From Limisphaerales bacterium (lineage in GTDB: Bacteria; Verrucomicrobiota; Verrucomicrobiia; Limisphaerales; UBA11358), in the NCBI GenBank assembly GCA_043749955.1, contig JAYVCM010000134.1, positions 1-37,403 on the forward strand: DNA of 37,403 bases, given 5' to 3'. Positions 22,619-32,017 of this stretch are shown piece by piece. The position numbers and the translations under genes are program-made. Each line of letters opens with the position of its first letter. The first letter of the stretch is position 1. The notes under the pieces were generated by a model. That model saw nothing but the letters and a program-made list of their open reading frames with translations. It ran no database searches and had not been told where the DNA came from.

Positions 22619-23813
22619 CTTTTCCCGGCGCCGCTTCCAGTCGCGGCGGGCTGGCGGGACGGGCGGGCACGCCCGCCATTTTCAGCGAATGACTGGACGG
22701 CGCGGTCTTGCCGCGTTTGTTGATCTGATCCACGCGCTGGCGCATCGAGGATTTGTTGACGCTGTAGAGCAGCGCGGTTTCCTCCGTGATCAAATCTTCC
22801 TCGTAGGCCTTGGACAAAGACTGTTCAAAGCTGTGCCACCCGGACGTGCTGCCCGCCTCGATGATGTCCGAGAACCGGCGGTTTTCATTTTCCCCGATCT
22901 GGATGGCTTCGCGGGTGCGGAGGCTGCTGCCCATCAGTTCCGTGGCCAGCATCCGGCCGCCGCCAATTTTTGGAATGAGCCGCTGGCTGACGATGTAGCG
23001 CAAAGTTCCGGACAACCGCTCGCGCACCTGCTGCTCTTCTTCGCGGCTGAACATGCCGAGGATGCGGTTGATCGTCTGGCCGGCGCTGATCGTGTGCAGC
23101 GTGCTGAAAACCACGTGCCCCGTTTCGCCGGCGGTGAGCGCGATGTCCATCGTCTCCCGGTCGCGGATCTCGCCGACTAAAATAATTTTCGGCGCCTGAC
23201 GCAACGCGGCGCGCAGGCCGTCGGGAAACGCATAAAAATCCCGGCCCAGTTCGCGCTGGCTGAACGTGGCCTTGAGCTGCGGATGCAAAAATTCAATCGG
23301 GTCCTCCAGCGTGACGACGTGGACTTCGTGCGTCTGGTTGATTTCGTTCAACATCGCCGCGAGCGTGGTTGTCTTGCCGCTGCCCGTGCCGCCGGTCACA
23401 AAGACCAGCCCGGTTTTTTCCTTGATGATCTCGTGAAACACCGGCGCGAGCTGGAGTTGTTCCATCGTCGGGATCTGCGACGACAACCGCCGCAGCACCA
23501 TCGCGTGGTTGCCGTTCTGGCGGTAGATGTTCACGCGGAAACGGCAGATGTCCTTCAGCGAATAACTGCCGTCGCACGAGCCGGTCCGCGCGAGGTCCTC
23601 GACCAGGCGCGGGTTGCCGTTCATGAGCGTTTTAGCGAGGCCTTCAATCCGCGCGCTGGTCAGCACGCCTTCCGCCACGCCCGCCGCCGCGCCCAGCTTG
23701 CCGTGAACCTCCACCTGCGGCGGCTTGCCCGCCACGAACAGCAGGTCGGAAATCCCCTCGGCGCTTTGGATCAGCGCCGTCAGCAACGGGTCCAGTTCTT
23801 CAATCGTGTTCAT
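22599..23813 (-). CDS. pilT: Type IV pilus retraction ATPase PilT family
   Basis: Walker A GGTGSGKTTT, Asp box VVTLEDPIEF, Walker B ILVGEIRD, His box GHVVFSTLHT. The Pro/Ala-rich C-terminal tail overlaps the convergent DUF423 gene by 20 nt. Confidence 0.9.
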   Translation of the reverse strand: MNTIEELDPLLTALIQSAEGISDLLFVAGKPPQVEVHGKLGAAAGVAEGVLTSARIEGLAKTLMNGNPRLVEDLARTGSCDGSYSLKDICRFRVNIYRQNGNHAMVLRRLSSQIPTMEQLQLAPVFHEIIKEKTGLVFVTGGTGSGKTTTLAAMLNEINQTHEVHVVTLEDPIEFLHPQLKATFSQRELGRDFYAFPDGLRAALRQAPKIILVGEIRDRETMDIALTAGETGHVVFSTLHTISAGQTINRILGMFSREEEQQVRERLSGTLRYIVSQRLIPKIGGGRMLATELMGSSLRTREAIQIGENENRRFSDIIEAGSTSGWHSFEQSLSKAYEEDLITEETALLYSVNKSSMRQRVDQINKRGKTAPSSHSLKMAGVPARPASPPRLEAAPGKATGAPA

Positions 23814-23948
23814 CGTCAGAAAATAATTTCGGACAGGCTATAACCCGCCGCGCCCGGGCAACAAGGACAAACGCAACTTTGAAACCAAAAGGAAGGTCGG
23901 TTGAGTGGTGCTTGCCCGCACCCTGGTCGCTCGCGCAGCCCGTTCAGA

Positions 23949-23981
23949 CTTCCCCCCGCCCTCCGGGGGGCGGGGGAGAAG
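23949..23981. repeat. GC hairpin, variant of family I (CCCCCGCCC-TCCGGG-GGGCGGGGG ... GAGAAG)
   Basis: 9-bp G/C stem 6 nt downstream of the membrane-protein stop codon. Ends in GGGAGAAG like family I. No U-run. Confidence 0.4.
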
Positions 23982-23986
23982 ACTGA

Positions 23987-25438
23987 TCACTGCTGGCGCG
24001 GCGTGCGCCCCAGCCACAAACCGCTCACGCCGTAATTCCATTCCAGTTGCGGGATGTTCGGCGGCCCGCTGCGCGTGCCGCGGATCACCAGCCGGTCCGC
24101 CGGTTTCAGCTTCGCGACCCAGGGCGCGTAGGCTTTCACGTCGCCCGCGTTCCAGAGGATTTTGTGATACGTCTCAAAATCTTCCGCCGGCATCAGCGCC
24201 GGTTCGTAGCCGAGCTGATAGCGCCAGTGGCCGTTCGGATTTTTGTAGAACGTCTGGTAGAAAACATTCATGTCCGCGCAGTAAAAAATCCCGCCCGGCT
24301 CCGGCATCCAGCCGGCGAGTTCGGGAGCTTCCGGCGTGAGAAACTGCCACGTCAGGCTTTGCGTCCAGCGGCTGTTCAAGTCGCTCGTCACGGCGAGAAA
24401 TGTGGCGAGCGCGAGGATCATCGTCAGCAGCAGGCGGCGCAACGAATCCGCCGCAAACCGGGCGAGCAATAAAAATTCAATTTCCGTCGCGATCAAGACC
24501 AGCAGGGCCGGCCAGCCCCAGTCTTCCCAAAAACGGCTGACGCGGAAGCCGAGCATCCAGCAGCCGCACACGAGCCAGAATGCTGGATTTTTTGCCAGCG
24601 GCGGCGCGCTCGGTTTCGTCAGCACCCGCAACCCCGCGAGCGCGCCGACGATGATGACCGCCAGGATGTCGCCGCCGAACGGCTGGAGTTCCGAGGCCAC
24701 CGTGCGATTGGTCGCGTGCTGGCCGACGGAGTTCAGCGCCATCGAAAGCGCCTGCGAAAGATAATCCGCCGGATGCCCCGTCAGCAGCGCGGCGAAAAAA
24801 ATCCCCGCCAGCCACGCGCCGAAAAATAAAATCGTCCAGCGGAATTGTCCGGCGAAAAAGAAGGCCGCGATGGGCAGCGCCCACAGATACCAGACGCCGT
24901 GGACAAACGTGCAGCCCGTGATGAGCGCGGTGAACAGCAGAAAATTTTTCAGTCCGGGCCGGGATTTTTGCGCGGCGAACAGAATCGTCATCAGCACGGT
25001 GATGGTGAGGATGAACGGCCGCCCCAGCATGAAACGCTGCGGCGCATCCGAGACGATCATCGCCGCGAGCAGCGCGACGAGCCACGCCTCGGGCCGTTTG
25101 AGCCACGGCAGCATTGCGGCGTTCACGATGAGAAACAGCGCGACGACGGAAAAGACGACGAGCGATTCCGCGTTCCAGTTCAGCGCGTGATGCAGCGCGC
25201 CGAGAATCGCGTGCCAGCCGAGGTTGTGGTCCAGCTTGAACGCGTCGCCGACGACGAGGATTTCCGGCCACGGTTTGCCGCTGACGGCTTTTGCCACATG
25301 GCGCAGCGCGTCGTCGGCGGGCAGATAACCGTAGCCGATGATTTTCAGCGGAATGGCGAGGAGGACGGCGGCGACGAGCAGCCGCACGGCCGGCGGCACG
25401 AAGCGGCGGAATTTTTCGGGCAGTTCGAATTCAAACAT
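23987..25438 (-). CDS. Polytopic integral membrane protein (about 11 predicted TM helices plus a soluble C-terminal domain); possibly GT-C-like
   Basis: ATG at 25438 gives MFEFELPEKFRRFVPPAVRLLVAAVLLAIPL. Many hydrophobic segments. YLPADDA lies in the first loop. The 155-aa upstream extension in the track is Arg/Ala-rich and overlaps the next gene, so it was discarded. The functional guess is weak. Confidence 0.7.
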   Translation of the reverse strand: MFEFELPEKFRRFVPPAVRLLVAAVLLAIPLKIIGYGYLPADDALRHVAKAVSGKPWPEILVVGDAFKLDHNLGWHAILGALHHALNWNAESLVVFSVVALFLIVNAAMLPWLKRPEAWLVALLAAMIVSDAPQRFMLGRPFILTITVLMTILFAAQKSRPGLKNFLLFTALITGCTFVHGVWYLWALPIAAFFFAGQFRWTILFFGAWLAGIFFAALLTGHPADYLSQALSMALNSVGQHATNRTVASELQPFGGDILAVIIVGALAGLRVLTKPSAPPLAKNPAFWLVCGCWMLGFRVSRFWEDWGWPALLVLIATEIEFLLLARFAADSLRRLLLTMILALATFLAVTSDLNSRWTQSLTWQFLTPEAPELAGWMPEPGGIFYCADMNVFYQTFYKNPNGHWRYQLGYEPALMPAEDFETYHKILWNAGDVKAYAPWVAKLKPADRLVIRGTRSGPPNIPQLEWNYGVSGLWLGRTPRQQ

Positions 25439-25455
25439 GGCGCAAGTTTCGGCAA

Positions 25456-26382
25456 TCAAAACACCGTGGGCACGCCTTCGTCGAGAATTTTTATCTGCTT
25501 CGTCAGGTTTTCCGCTTCGGCGATTTCCAGGAGCCAGCGTTGCGGCTCGTCCAGCGCCTCGAACGACAGCTTGAACGTCCCGAAGTGCATCGGCACAAAA
25601 ATTTTCGCGCGCAGGTCCTTGAACGCCTGCACCGCCTGGTCCGGCCCCATGTGGACTTTGCGAAAAGTTTCCGGGTGATACGCGCCGATGGGCAGCAGCG
25701 CGATCTCCGGCGCGAGCTTGCGGCCGATTTCCTGGAAGCCGTGAAAATAGGCGCTGTCGCCCGCGTGATAAATTTTCCGGCCCTGATGTTCCAGCATGAA
25801 GCCGCCGAAGCCGCGATGCCGGTCGTGCAGCGTCCGCGCGCCCCAGTGCTTGCTCGGCGTGAACGTCACCTTCCAGTCGCCCGGCGAAAACGTTTCCCAC
25901 CATTCCAGCTCGATGACGCGCGAGAAGCCGAGATTCTGCGCGAGATCGCCGACGCCGCGCGGCATGATGCCGATTTTTGGGTTCGGCAATTTGCGCAACG
26001 TCGGCTTGTGGAAATGGTCGAAGTGCGCGTGCGTGAGCAGCACCAGGTCAATCGGCGGCAGATCTTTGATCTTCAGGCCGGCGCGCTTGATGCGTTTCAA
26101 AAGAAAAATCCAGTTGGCAAAATTCGGGTCAATCAGCACGTTCAAGTCCGTGAACTGGATGAGAAACGACGCGTGGCCGATCCAAGTGATGGCGACCTCG
26201 CCATGTTTCAATTTTGGAAAGACCGGGTGCTTCGAGCGACCGTGGCGCGGCGTGAGCCAGGCCTTCAGGATCAGTTCCTGAAAAAAAGTGCGCGGGTTGA
26301 AATGTTTCGCGGGCGTGAGCTCCTTGAACGAGCGCGGAATTTTCCGGCGCGGCGCGGGGCGTTTTGAAACCGGGCGGTTCAT
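25456..26382 (-). CDS. MBL-fold metallo-hydrolase (NAPE-PLD/UPF0173-like)
   Basis: ITWIGHASFLIQ...NVLIDPNF...DLVLLTHAHFDHF pattern. Ends 17 nt upstream of the membrane-protein start, so the two are probably in one operon. Confidence 0.85.
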   Translation of the reverse strand: MNRPVSKRPAPRRKIPRSFKELTPAKHFNPRTFFQELILKAWLTPRHGRSKHPVFPKLKHGEVAITWIGHASFLIQFTDLNVLIDPNFANWIFLLKRIKRAGLKIKDLPPIDLVLLTHAHFDHFHKPTLRKLPNPKIGIMPRGVGDLAQNLGFSRVIELEWWETFSPGDWKVTFTPSKHWGARTLHDRHRGFGGFMLEHQGRKIYHAGDSAYFHGFQEIGRKLAPEIALLPIGAYHPETFRKVHMGPDQAVQAFKDLRAKIFVPMHFGTFKLSFEALDEPQRWLLEIAEAENLTKQIKILDEGVPTVF

Positions 26383-26642
26383 GCGGGGGGACAGTTCTAC
26401 GCCGCCCGCATATCAAAAGCAACCTGCGAAAAACCGGCGGGGTCTGAAATTGGGTGCGGCCGGGAAGTTTCTTCACGGCTGGCCGGGCAGGAACGATAGC
26501 TGCTTAAAGACCCTGGCAGCCCGGGAACACGCTCAAAATGCCGGTTAAATCGCACTGGAATGGACATCCCGGCGTCCGACCCATGGAAAACAGGACAAGA
26601 ATGAATATGATTTGGGACATATCGCGTCACTCGACGGCACGC

Positions 26643-26706
26643 TGGAGTTCACGCTGGAGTTCAAGCTTTAGCTTGTCCGGCGGCACGCTCAAGCGGGAAC
26701 TCCAAC
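26643..26706. repeat. Family H repeat (GGAGTTC..CAAGCTTTAGCTTGTCCGGCGGCACGCTCAAGCGGGAACTCCAAC)
   Basis: Shares CAAGCTTTAGCTTGT, CACGCT.AAGCG.GAACTCCAAC with 33255..33318 inside fabD. Intergenic here, 58 nt upstream of the kinase start. Confidence 0.75.
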
Positions 26707-26763
26707 TTGCTGATCGCCGTCCCGTCATCTGGCACGCCGCGTGCAGAGACAATTTTTGAAACC

Positions 26764-28872
26764 ATGAAACGCTTCCGCAACCTCCCGATCCAGCAGAAAA
26801 TGCTGGTGATGACCCTGCTCATCTGCGGTGCGGTCCTCCTGGTCGCCATCGTGGCGCTCTTCGTTTTCCAGGTTCTGAACTTCCGCTCCAATTTCCAGCG
26901 CGACACCTCCACGCTGGCGGACATCATCGCCAACCAAAGCAACGCCGCGATGTCGTTTAAGGATGTCGAGACCGCGACCGAGGTGTTGGGATCCCTGCAG
27001 GCCAAACCCACGGTGTTGTCCGCAGCACTCGTTTTACGCGACGGATCGGTTTTCGCCCACTACGGAATCCAGGAGCAACCCGACGCGCTGGCAAAATTTC
27101 CGCGGCCGGGTGAATACCGTTTCACCGGCGGCCATCTGCTGTTCACGCAGCTGGTCATAGTGAAAAAGGAGCAGGTGGGCACGCTTTACCTGCGGACGGA
27201 TTATCAGCGGACGTTTCTGGAACTGCTCGGTTTCTACGGACAGGTCATCTTGGGCGTCACGGTGGTGTCCATCGCCCTGGCGGTGTTTCTTTCCGGGCGG
27301 TTGGGGCGCACGATTACGGAACCGGTGCTCCAACTGGCGCAGGTCGCCAAAATTGTCGGTGAAAAAAAAGACTACTCGGTGCGGGCGGTCGTGAGCAACC
27401 GGGGCGACGAACTGGGCCGGCTCGCGGAATCGTTCAATGAGATGCTGGGCCGCATCGAAAGCCAGGACGCCGCGTTGAGTTTGTCGCAGCAGAAAATGGA
27501 GGCGTTGATCCACTCGATTGACGGCATCGTCTGGGAACGCACGCCGGACACGTTCGAGTTCACTTTTATCAGCCGCCAGAGTGCCATGATGCTGGGTTTT
27601 TCGCCGCAGGCGTGGCTGGACCGGCCGAAATTCTGGGAGGAAAAACTGCATCCGCAGGACGCCGCCAAGGCGATTCAGACGGGTCACGAGATGGCGATGC
27701 GGGGTGAGCCGTATAGTTATGAATACCGGATGCTCGCCGCCGATGGCCGGACGGTCTGGATCCGGGAGAGCGGCATGGTGCTGGTGGAGAAAGGCCGGCC
27801 CGTGGCCATGCGCGGCATTTTCCTGGACATCACGCAGCAAAAATTGGCCGCCGAACAATTGGACAAGCTCAACCGGCAGTTGATTGACACCTCCCGAAAC
27901 GCCGGCATGGCCGACGTGGCCACGGGCGTGCTGCACAATGTCGGCAATGTGCTCAACAGCGTAAGCGTCTCCGCCACGGTGGTGGGCGACCGGTTGCGCC
28001 GCTCCAAGGTCACCAATTTGCGCCGCGCCACGGCCATGATGCGTGAGAAAAACGGCCACCTCGCCGAATTCTTGACGAACGATCCCAAGGGCAAACTGCT
28101 GCCGGATTATTTCAGCACGGTGGCGGAGCAACTGGCCGCCGAGCAGACGGAGTTGATCACGGAAATGGATTCGGTCGGCCAGCACATCGAGCACATCAAG
28201 GAGATTGTGGCGATGCAGCAGAACTACGCCAAGGTTTCCGGCGTCTATGAGAATCTGGCGCCGCAGGAGCTGGTGGAAGATGCGTTGCGCATGAATGTGG
28301 CGGCGTTCGAGCGGCATCGCATCGAGCTGGTGCTGGAGTTCGCCGAGAACCTGCCCAAGGTCTGCGTGGACCGGCACAAGTTTTTGCAGATCCTCATCAA
28401 CCTCCTCCGCAACGCCAAGCATGCCATGGAGGATGGGTGCGAGGAAGACCGGCGCATGGTCATCCGGGTGGGCCTGGCGTCGCCTGGCCGGGTGAAGATT
28501 GTCGTCAGCGACAATGGCCTGGGAATTCCGGCGGAGAATCTCAACAAGGTTTTCAACCACGGTTTCACGACCAAGAAAGACGGGCACGGCTTCGGGCTGC
28601 ACAGCGGGGCCAATGCCGCCAAGGAAATGGGCGGCAGCCTTACGGCCCACAGCGACGGCCCCGGCAAGGGCGCGGAATTCACGCTGGAACTGCCGACGAG
28701 CCAGTTGAGAGGTGGTGAGTTGAGAGTTGCGCAGCCAGTTGAGAGTTCGGACTCTCAACTATCAACTCACAAAACTATCAACTCATCGGAACCCTCCAGC
28801 TCTCAACTCTCAACTCATAAACCTCTCAACTCGCAGACAACCCTCAACTCACCCAGCTCTCAACTCTTATGA
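26764..28872 (+). CDS. Sensor histidine kinase (CHASE8-like periplasmic domain, HAMP, PAS, kinase core) with a repeat-encoded C-terminal tail
   Basis: ATG at 26764 gives MKRFRNLPIQQKMLVMTLLICGAVLLVAIVALF. HAMP segment ITEPVLQLAQVAKIV...ELGRLAESFNEML. PAS segment IDGIVWER...YEYRMLAADGRTVWI. H-box VATGVLHNVGNVLNS. HATPase segment NLLRNAKHAM...DNGLGIP...GHGFGLH. The last 55 aa or so are encoded by the CTCAACT repeat. Confidence 0.9.
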   Translation: MKRFRNLPIQQKMLVMTLLICGAVLLVAIVALFVFQVLNFRSNFQRDTSTLADIIANQSNAAMSFKDVETATEVLGSLQAKPTVLSAALVLRDGSVFAHYGIQEQPDALAKFPRPGEYRFTGGHLLFTQLVIVKKEQVGTLYLRTDYQRTFLELLGFYGQVILGVTVVSIALAVFLSGRLGRTITEPVLQLAQVAKIVGEKKDYSVRAVVSNRGDELGRLAESFNEMLGRIESQDAALSLSQQKMEALIHSIDGIVWERTPDTFEFTFISRQSAMMLGFSPQAWLDRPKFWEEKLHPQDAAKAIQTGHEMAMRGEPYSYEYRMLAADGRTVWIRESGMVLVEKGRPVAMRGIFLDITQQKLAAEQLDKLNRQLIDTSRNAGMADVATGVLHNVGNVLNSVSVSATVVGDRLRRSKVTNLRRATAMMREKNGHLAEFLTNDPKGKLLPDYFSTVAEQLAAEQTELITEMDSVGQHIEHIKEIVAMQQNYAKVSGVYENLAPQELVEDALRMNVAAFERHRIELVLEFAENLPKVCVDRHKFLQILINLLRNAKHAMEDGCEEDRRMVIRVGLASPGRVKIVVSDNGLGIPAENLNKVFNHGFTTKKDGHGFGLHSGANAAKEMGGSLTAHSDGPGKGAEFTLELPTSQLRGGELRVAQPVESSDSQLSTHKTINSSEPSSSQLSTHKPLNSQTTLNSPSSQLL
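28703..28867. repeat. Expanded AGTTGAG/CTCAACT heptamer-arm element at the kinase / hybrid-kinase junction
   Basis: Core hairpin AGTTGAGAG-TTCGGA-CTCTCAACT at 28737..28760. About 4 AGTTGAG units to the left and about 8 (C/A)TCAACT units to the right. Runs up to the ATGA start/stop overlap at 28869..28872. Confidence 0.85.
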
Positions 28873-30923
28873 CGCCCAACCATCGCATCCTGCTCGTGGA
28901 CGACAACACGAGTATCCACGCCGATTTCCGAAAAATCCTGTGCCCGGACATTTCCGGCTCGGCCGTCATCAATGAGATGGAGGCGGCCTTGTTCGAGGAC
29001 ACCAAGCCGGCGGCGGCGCATACCAGTTTCGAGCTGGACTCGGCGTTTCAAGGGCAGGAGGCGCTGGAGATGGTCAAGCTGTCGCTCGCCGAAAACCGGC
29101 CTTACGCGATGGCCTTCGTGGATGTGCGGATGCCGCCGGGCTGGGACGGCATCGAAACCATTGCCCGCATCTGGGAAGTTTATCCGGAAATCCAGATTGT
29201 CATCTGCACGGCCTACTCGGATTACTCCTGGGAAGACATGCGCAACAAAGTCGGCCAGCCCGACGGCCTGCTCGTCCTCAAGAAACCATTCGACAACATC
29301 GAAGTGCAGCAGATCGCCCACGCGCTGACAAAAAAATGGCTGCTGAATCATCAGTCGGCGCTGCAGATCGCGGATCTGGCGCGGGCGAATGAAAAGCTGG
29401 CGTTGTCGGAGGAGCGGTTCTCCAAGGCGTTTCATGAAAGCCCGCTGCCCAGCGGCATCCAGAGTTTTCCCGACCAACGTTTCGTGGACGTGAACCAGCG
29501 CTTCGCCGAGGTGGCCGGTTACAAACGCGAGGAGATGCTCGGCCGCACGGCGGCGGATTTGTTCCTGTGGGAAAAACCGGCCGCCGCCGATTTGTGGTAT
29601 GAACGCCTGTTGCTGAACGAACTGGTGCGGGATCAGGAGGCGAAGATTCGTCACCAGGCCGGTGACTTGCGGGAGCTGCTGGTCTCGCTGTCGCCCATCG
29701 CGTTGGGCGGCTCGCCCCACATGCTGCTGCTGGCCCAGGACGTCTCGGAGCGCGCGCTGTTGGAGCGGCAGTTGCGGCAGGCGCAGAAGATGGAAGCCAT
29801 TGGCCAGCTGGCCGCCGGTGTGGCGCATGATTTTAACAACATCCTCACGGTGATCCAAGGTCACGCGGGTTTGCTGCAACAGACGCTCAACATCGCCGAC
29901 CCGCAGACCCGGTCCTTGGATCAGATTTCCAAGGCGTCCAACCGCGCCGCCGCGCTCATCCGCCAGTTGCTCATGTTCAGCCGCAAGCAGGTCATGCAGT
30001 TTCGGCACTTGGACATGAATGACACTCTGCGCAACGCGATCAAGATGCTGGAACGTCTCGTGGGCGAACATGTGCAGATTGAATTTCACCCCTCGGCAGC
30101 TTTGCCCGCGGTGCATGCGGACTTGAGCATGATTGAACAAATCGCCATGAATCTGGCGGTCAACGCCCGCGATGCCATGCCCAGTGGCGGACGGATCACG
30201 ATCTCGACCACGCGGGAGTCGGTGCACCGCGCGCCCACGCCGATGGATCCCGAACCCCGCGACGGCGATTACATCTGCCTGACGTTCAGCGACACCGGCA
30301 CCGGCATGGACACGCAGGTGCTCGGCCGGATCTTTGAACCCTTTTTCACCACCAAGCCGGTCGGCAAGGGCACGGGTCTCGGGTTGTCCACCGTGTTCGG
30401 CATCGTGCGCCAGCACGAGGGCTGGCTGGAAGTGGAGAGCAAACCGAATCTGGGCACGACGTTTCGCGCCTATTTTCCCGCGAGCCAGCAGGCGGCGGAA
30501 AAAATCGAGCTGGTGATTGATTCCACTTTGAGCAAGGGCCGGGAAACGGTGCTCGTGGCGGAAGATGAAGAACCGTTGCGCCAGATGGTGGTGCAGGTGC
30601 TCCGCATCCAGGGCTACACCGTGCTGGAGGCCGTGTCCGGCGCGGATGCGCTCGAGGTGTGGGAACGCGCCAACCGGCCGGTGGACTTGCTGCTGACCGA
30701 CATGGTGATGCCCGGCGGCATCATGGGCAGCGAACTGGCGGAACGGCTCTCGAACCAGTGCCCGCACCTGAAGGTGATTTATACCAGCGGCTACAGCCCC
30801 GGCATGGCGGGCCGCGACGCGTCGCTGCTGGAAGGCCGCAACTTCCTGCCCAAGCCCTACTCGATCGGCAAACTCGCGCAGTTCGTCCGCGAATGTCTCG
30901 ACGTGCCGGTGAAGCAAAACTGA
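28869..30923 (+). CDS. Hybrid sensor histidine kinase / response regulator (REC-PAS-HisKA-HATPase-REC)
   Basis: N-terminal REC ILLVDDN...FVDVRMP. PAS region. H-box AIGQLAAGVAHDFNNIL. HATPase NLAVNARDAM...DTGTGMD...GKGTGLGLS. C-terminal REC VLVAEDEEP...LLLTDMVMPG. Confidence 0.92.
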   Translation: MTPNHRILLVDDNTSIHADFRKILCPDISGSAVINEMEAALFEDTKPAAAHTSFELDSAFQGQEALEMVKLSLAENRPYAMAFVDVRMPPGWDGIETIARIWEVYPEIQIVICTAYSDYSWEDMRNKVGQPDGLLVLKKPFDNIEVQQIAHALTKKWLLNHQSALQIADLARANEKLALSEERFSKAFHESPLPSGIQSFPDQRFVDVNQRFAEVAGYKREEMLGRTAADLFLWEKPAAADLWYERLLLNELVRDQEAKIRHQAGDLRELLVSLSPIALGGSPHMLLLAQDVSERALLERQLRQAQKMEAIGQLAAGVAHDFNNILTVIQGHAGLLQQTLNIADPQTRSLDQISKASNRAAALIRQLLMFSRKQVMQFRHLDMNDTLRNAIKMLERLVGEHVQIEFHPSAALPAVHADLSMIEQIAMNLAVNARDAMPSGGRITISTTRESVHRAPTPMDPEPRDGDYICLTFSDTGTGMDTQVLGRIFEPFFTTKPVGKGTGLGLSTVFGIVRQHEGWLEVESKPNLGTTFRAYFPASQQAAEKIELVIDSTLSKGRETVLVAEDEEPLRQMVVQVLRIQGYTVLEAVSGADALEVWERANRPVDLLLTDMVMPGGIMGSELAERLSNQCPHLKVIYTSGYSPGMAGRDASLLEGRNFLPKPYSIGKLAQFVRECLDVPVKQN

Positions 30924-30929
30924 CGGACC

Positions 30930-30998
30930 GTTGAGAGTTTTATGAGTTGAGAGTTGAGGGTTCGGACTCTCAACTCTCAACTCAAATAACTCTCAACT
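30930..30998. repeat. Heptamer-arm hairpin (AGTTGAG/CTCAACT family) between convergent genes; plausible bidirectional terminator or RNA-stability element
   Basis: Perfect 15-bp arms GAGTTGAGAGTTGAG (30944..30958) and CTCAACTCTCAACTC (30969..30983) around GGTTCGGACT, plus partial units on both flanks. Confidence 0.85.
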
Positions 30999-31928
30999 GG
31001 CTCTGGCTTTCAGCCGCGCGGATGAAATTTCCGGTGGATCTCCCGCAGCCGGCTGCCCGTGACGTGCGTGTAAATCTCCGTCGTGCCGATGCTCGCATGG
31101 CCGAGCAGTTCCTGGATCGCGCAAGTCCGCGCCGTGCTCCAGCAGATGCGTGGCAAAACTGTGCCGCAACATGTGCGGCGTGATGTTGCGCCCGATGCCT
31201 GTGCGGCGGACGCGGTTCTTGATGTGCAGCCAGAGCGTCACCGCCGCGAACGGCGTTCCGCGCTTCGTCAAAAAAACATTCGCCGGAGATTTCGGCGTGA
31301 CGAGTTTCGGACGGCCGGTCTCGATGTAACGGTTCAACGCCGCGACCGCTTTTTTTCCCACCGGCACCACGCGCTCTTTGTTGCCCTTGCCGATGACGTT
31401 GATGAAGCCCGCGTCCAGATGCAACTGCTCCAGCCGGATGTTTTTCAGCTCGGACAATCGCAGGCCCGAGGCGTAGGCCAGTTCCAGAATCGCCTGGTCG
31501 CATAAATTTTCCCTGGTCTCCGGCAATTCCGGCGCGAGCAGTTTTTTTATTTCGTCGTTCGACAGCGCCTTGGGCAGACGTTTCCAGCGGCGCGGCAGCG
31601 AAAGATTTTCCGCGAGGTTCGCCGGCAGCAGTTTTTCGTTCTCGGCGAATTTGTAGAACGACCGCAGCGCGGCGATTTCCAGATACACGCTTTCGCCGCT
31701 CAAGCGCAGGGTGGATCCCCTGGGTGCGTCGGCGGGCGGGCGGGCGCGCTCGTGTTGCAGGAACGCCATGAGATGTTTTAGCTCGACCGATTTCCAGTCC
31801 GTGAGAGTTTGCGTCGCCGCCCACGCGGTGAATTTGCCGAGCAGAGCGGCGTAGGTCCTGGCCGTGTTGTCCGCCTGCCCGCGCTCGTGGCGCAGGCATT
31901 GCAGAAAATCTTCCACGAGGTTTTGCAT
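30993..31928 (-). CDS. xerD: XerD/XerC-family tyrosine recombinase, apparently frameshifted before the catalytic His/Tyr block (possible pseudogene)
   Basis: ATG at 31928 gives [30 protein letters not shown], the N-terminal SAM-like domain. ...[21 protein letters not shown] then loses the frame. The family sequence [35 protein letters not shown] continues in another frame and ends at 31010. Confidence 0.8.
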   Translation of the reverse strand: MQNLVEDFLQCLRHERGQADNTARTYAALLGKFTAWAATQTLTDWKSVELKHLMAFLQHERARPPADAPRGSTLRLSGESVYLEIAALRSFYKFAENEKLLPANLAENLSLPRRWKRLPKALSNDEIKKLLAPELPETRENLCDQAILELAYASGLRLSELKNIRLEQLHLDAGFINVIGKGNKERVVPVGKKAVAALNRYIETGRPKLVTPKSPANVFLTKRGTPFAAVTLWLHIKNRVRRTGIGRNITPHMLRHSFATHLLEHGADLRDPGTARPCEHRHDGDLHARHGQPAAGDPPEISSARLKARAS

Positions 31929-32017
31929 CACGGCAGTCCGGCGGCGGGCAAATTTTTTGTGGTGGCAGCCATGCGGCAATGTTGGCAGCGCGCCGGACGG
32001 ATGAGAATAAAAATCAT

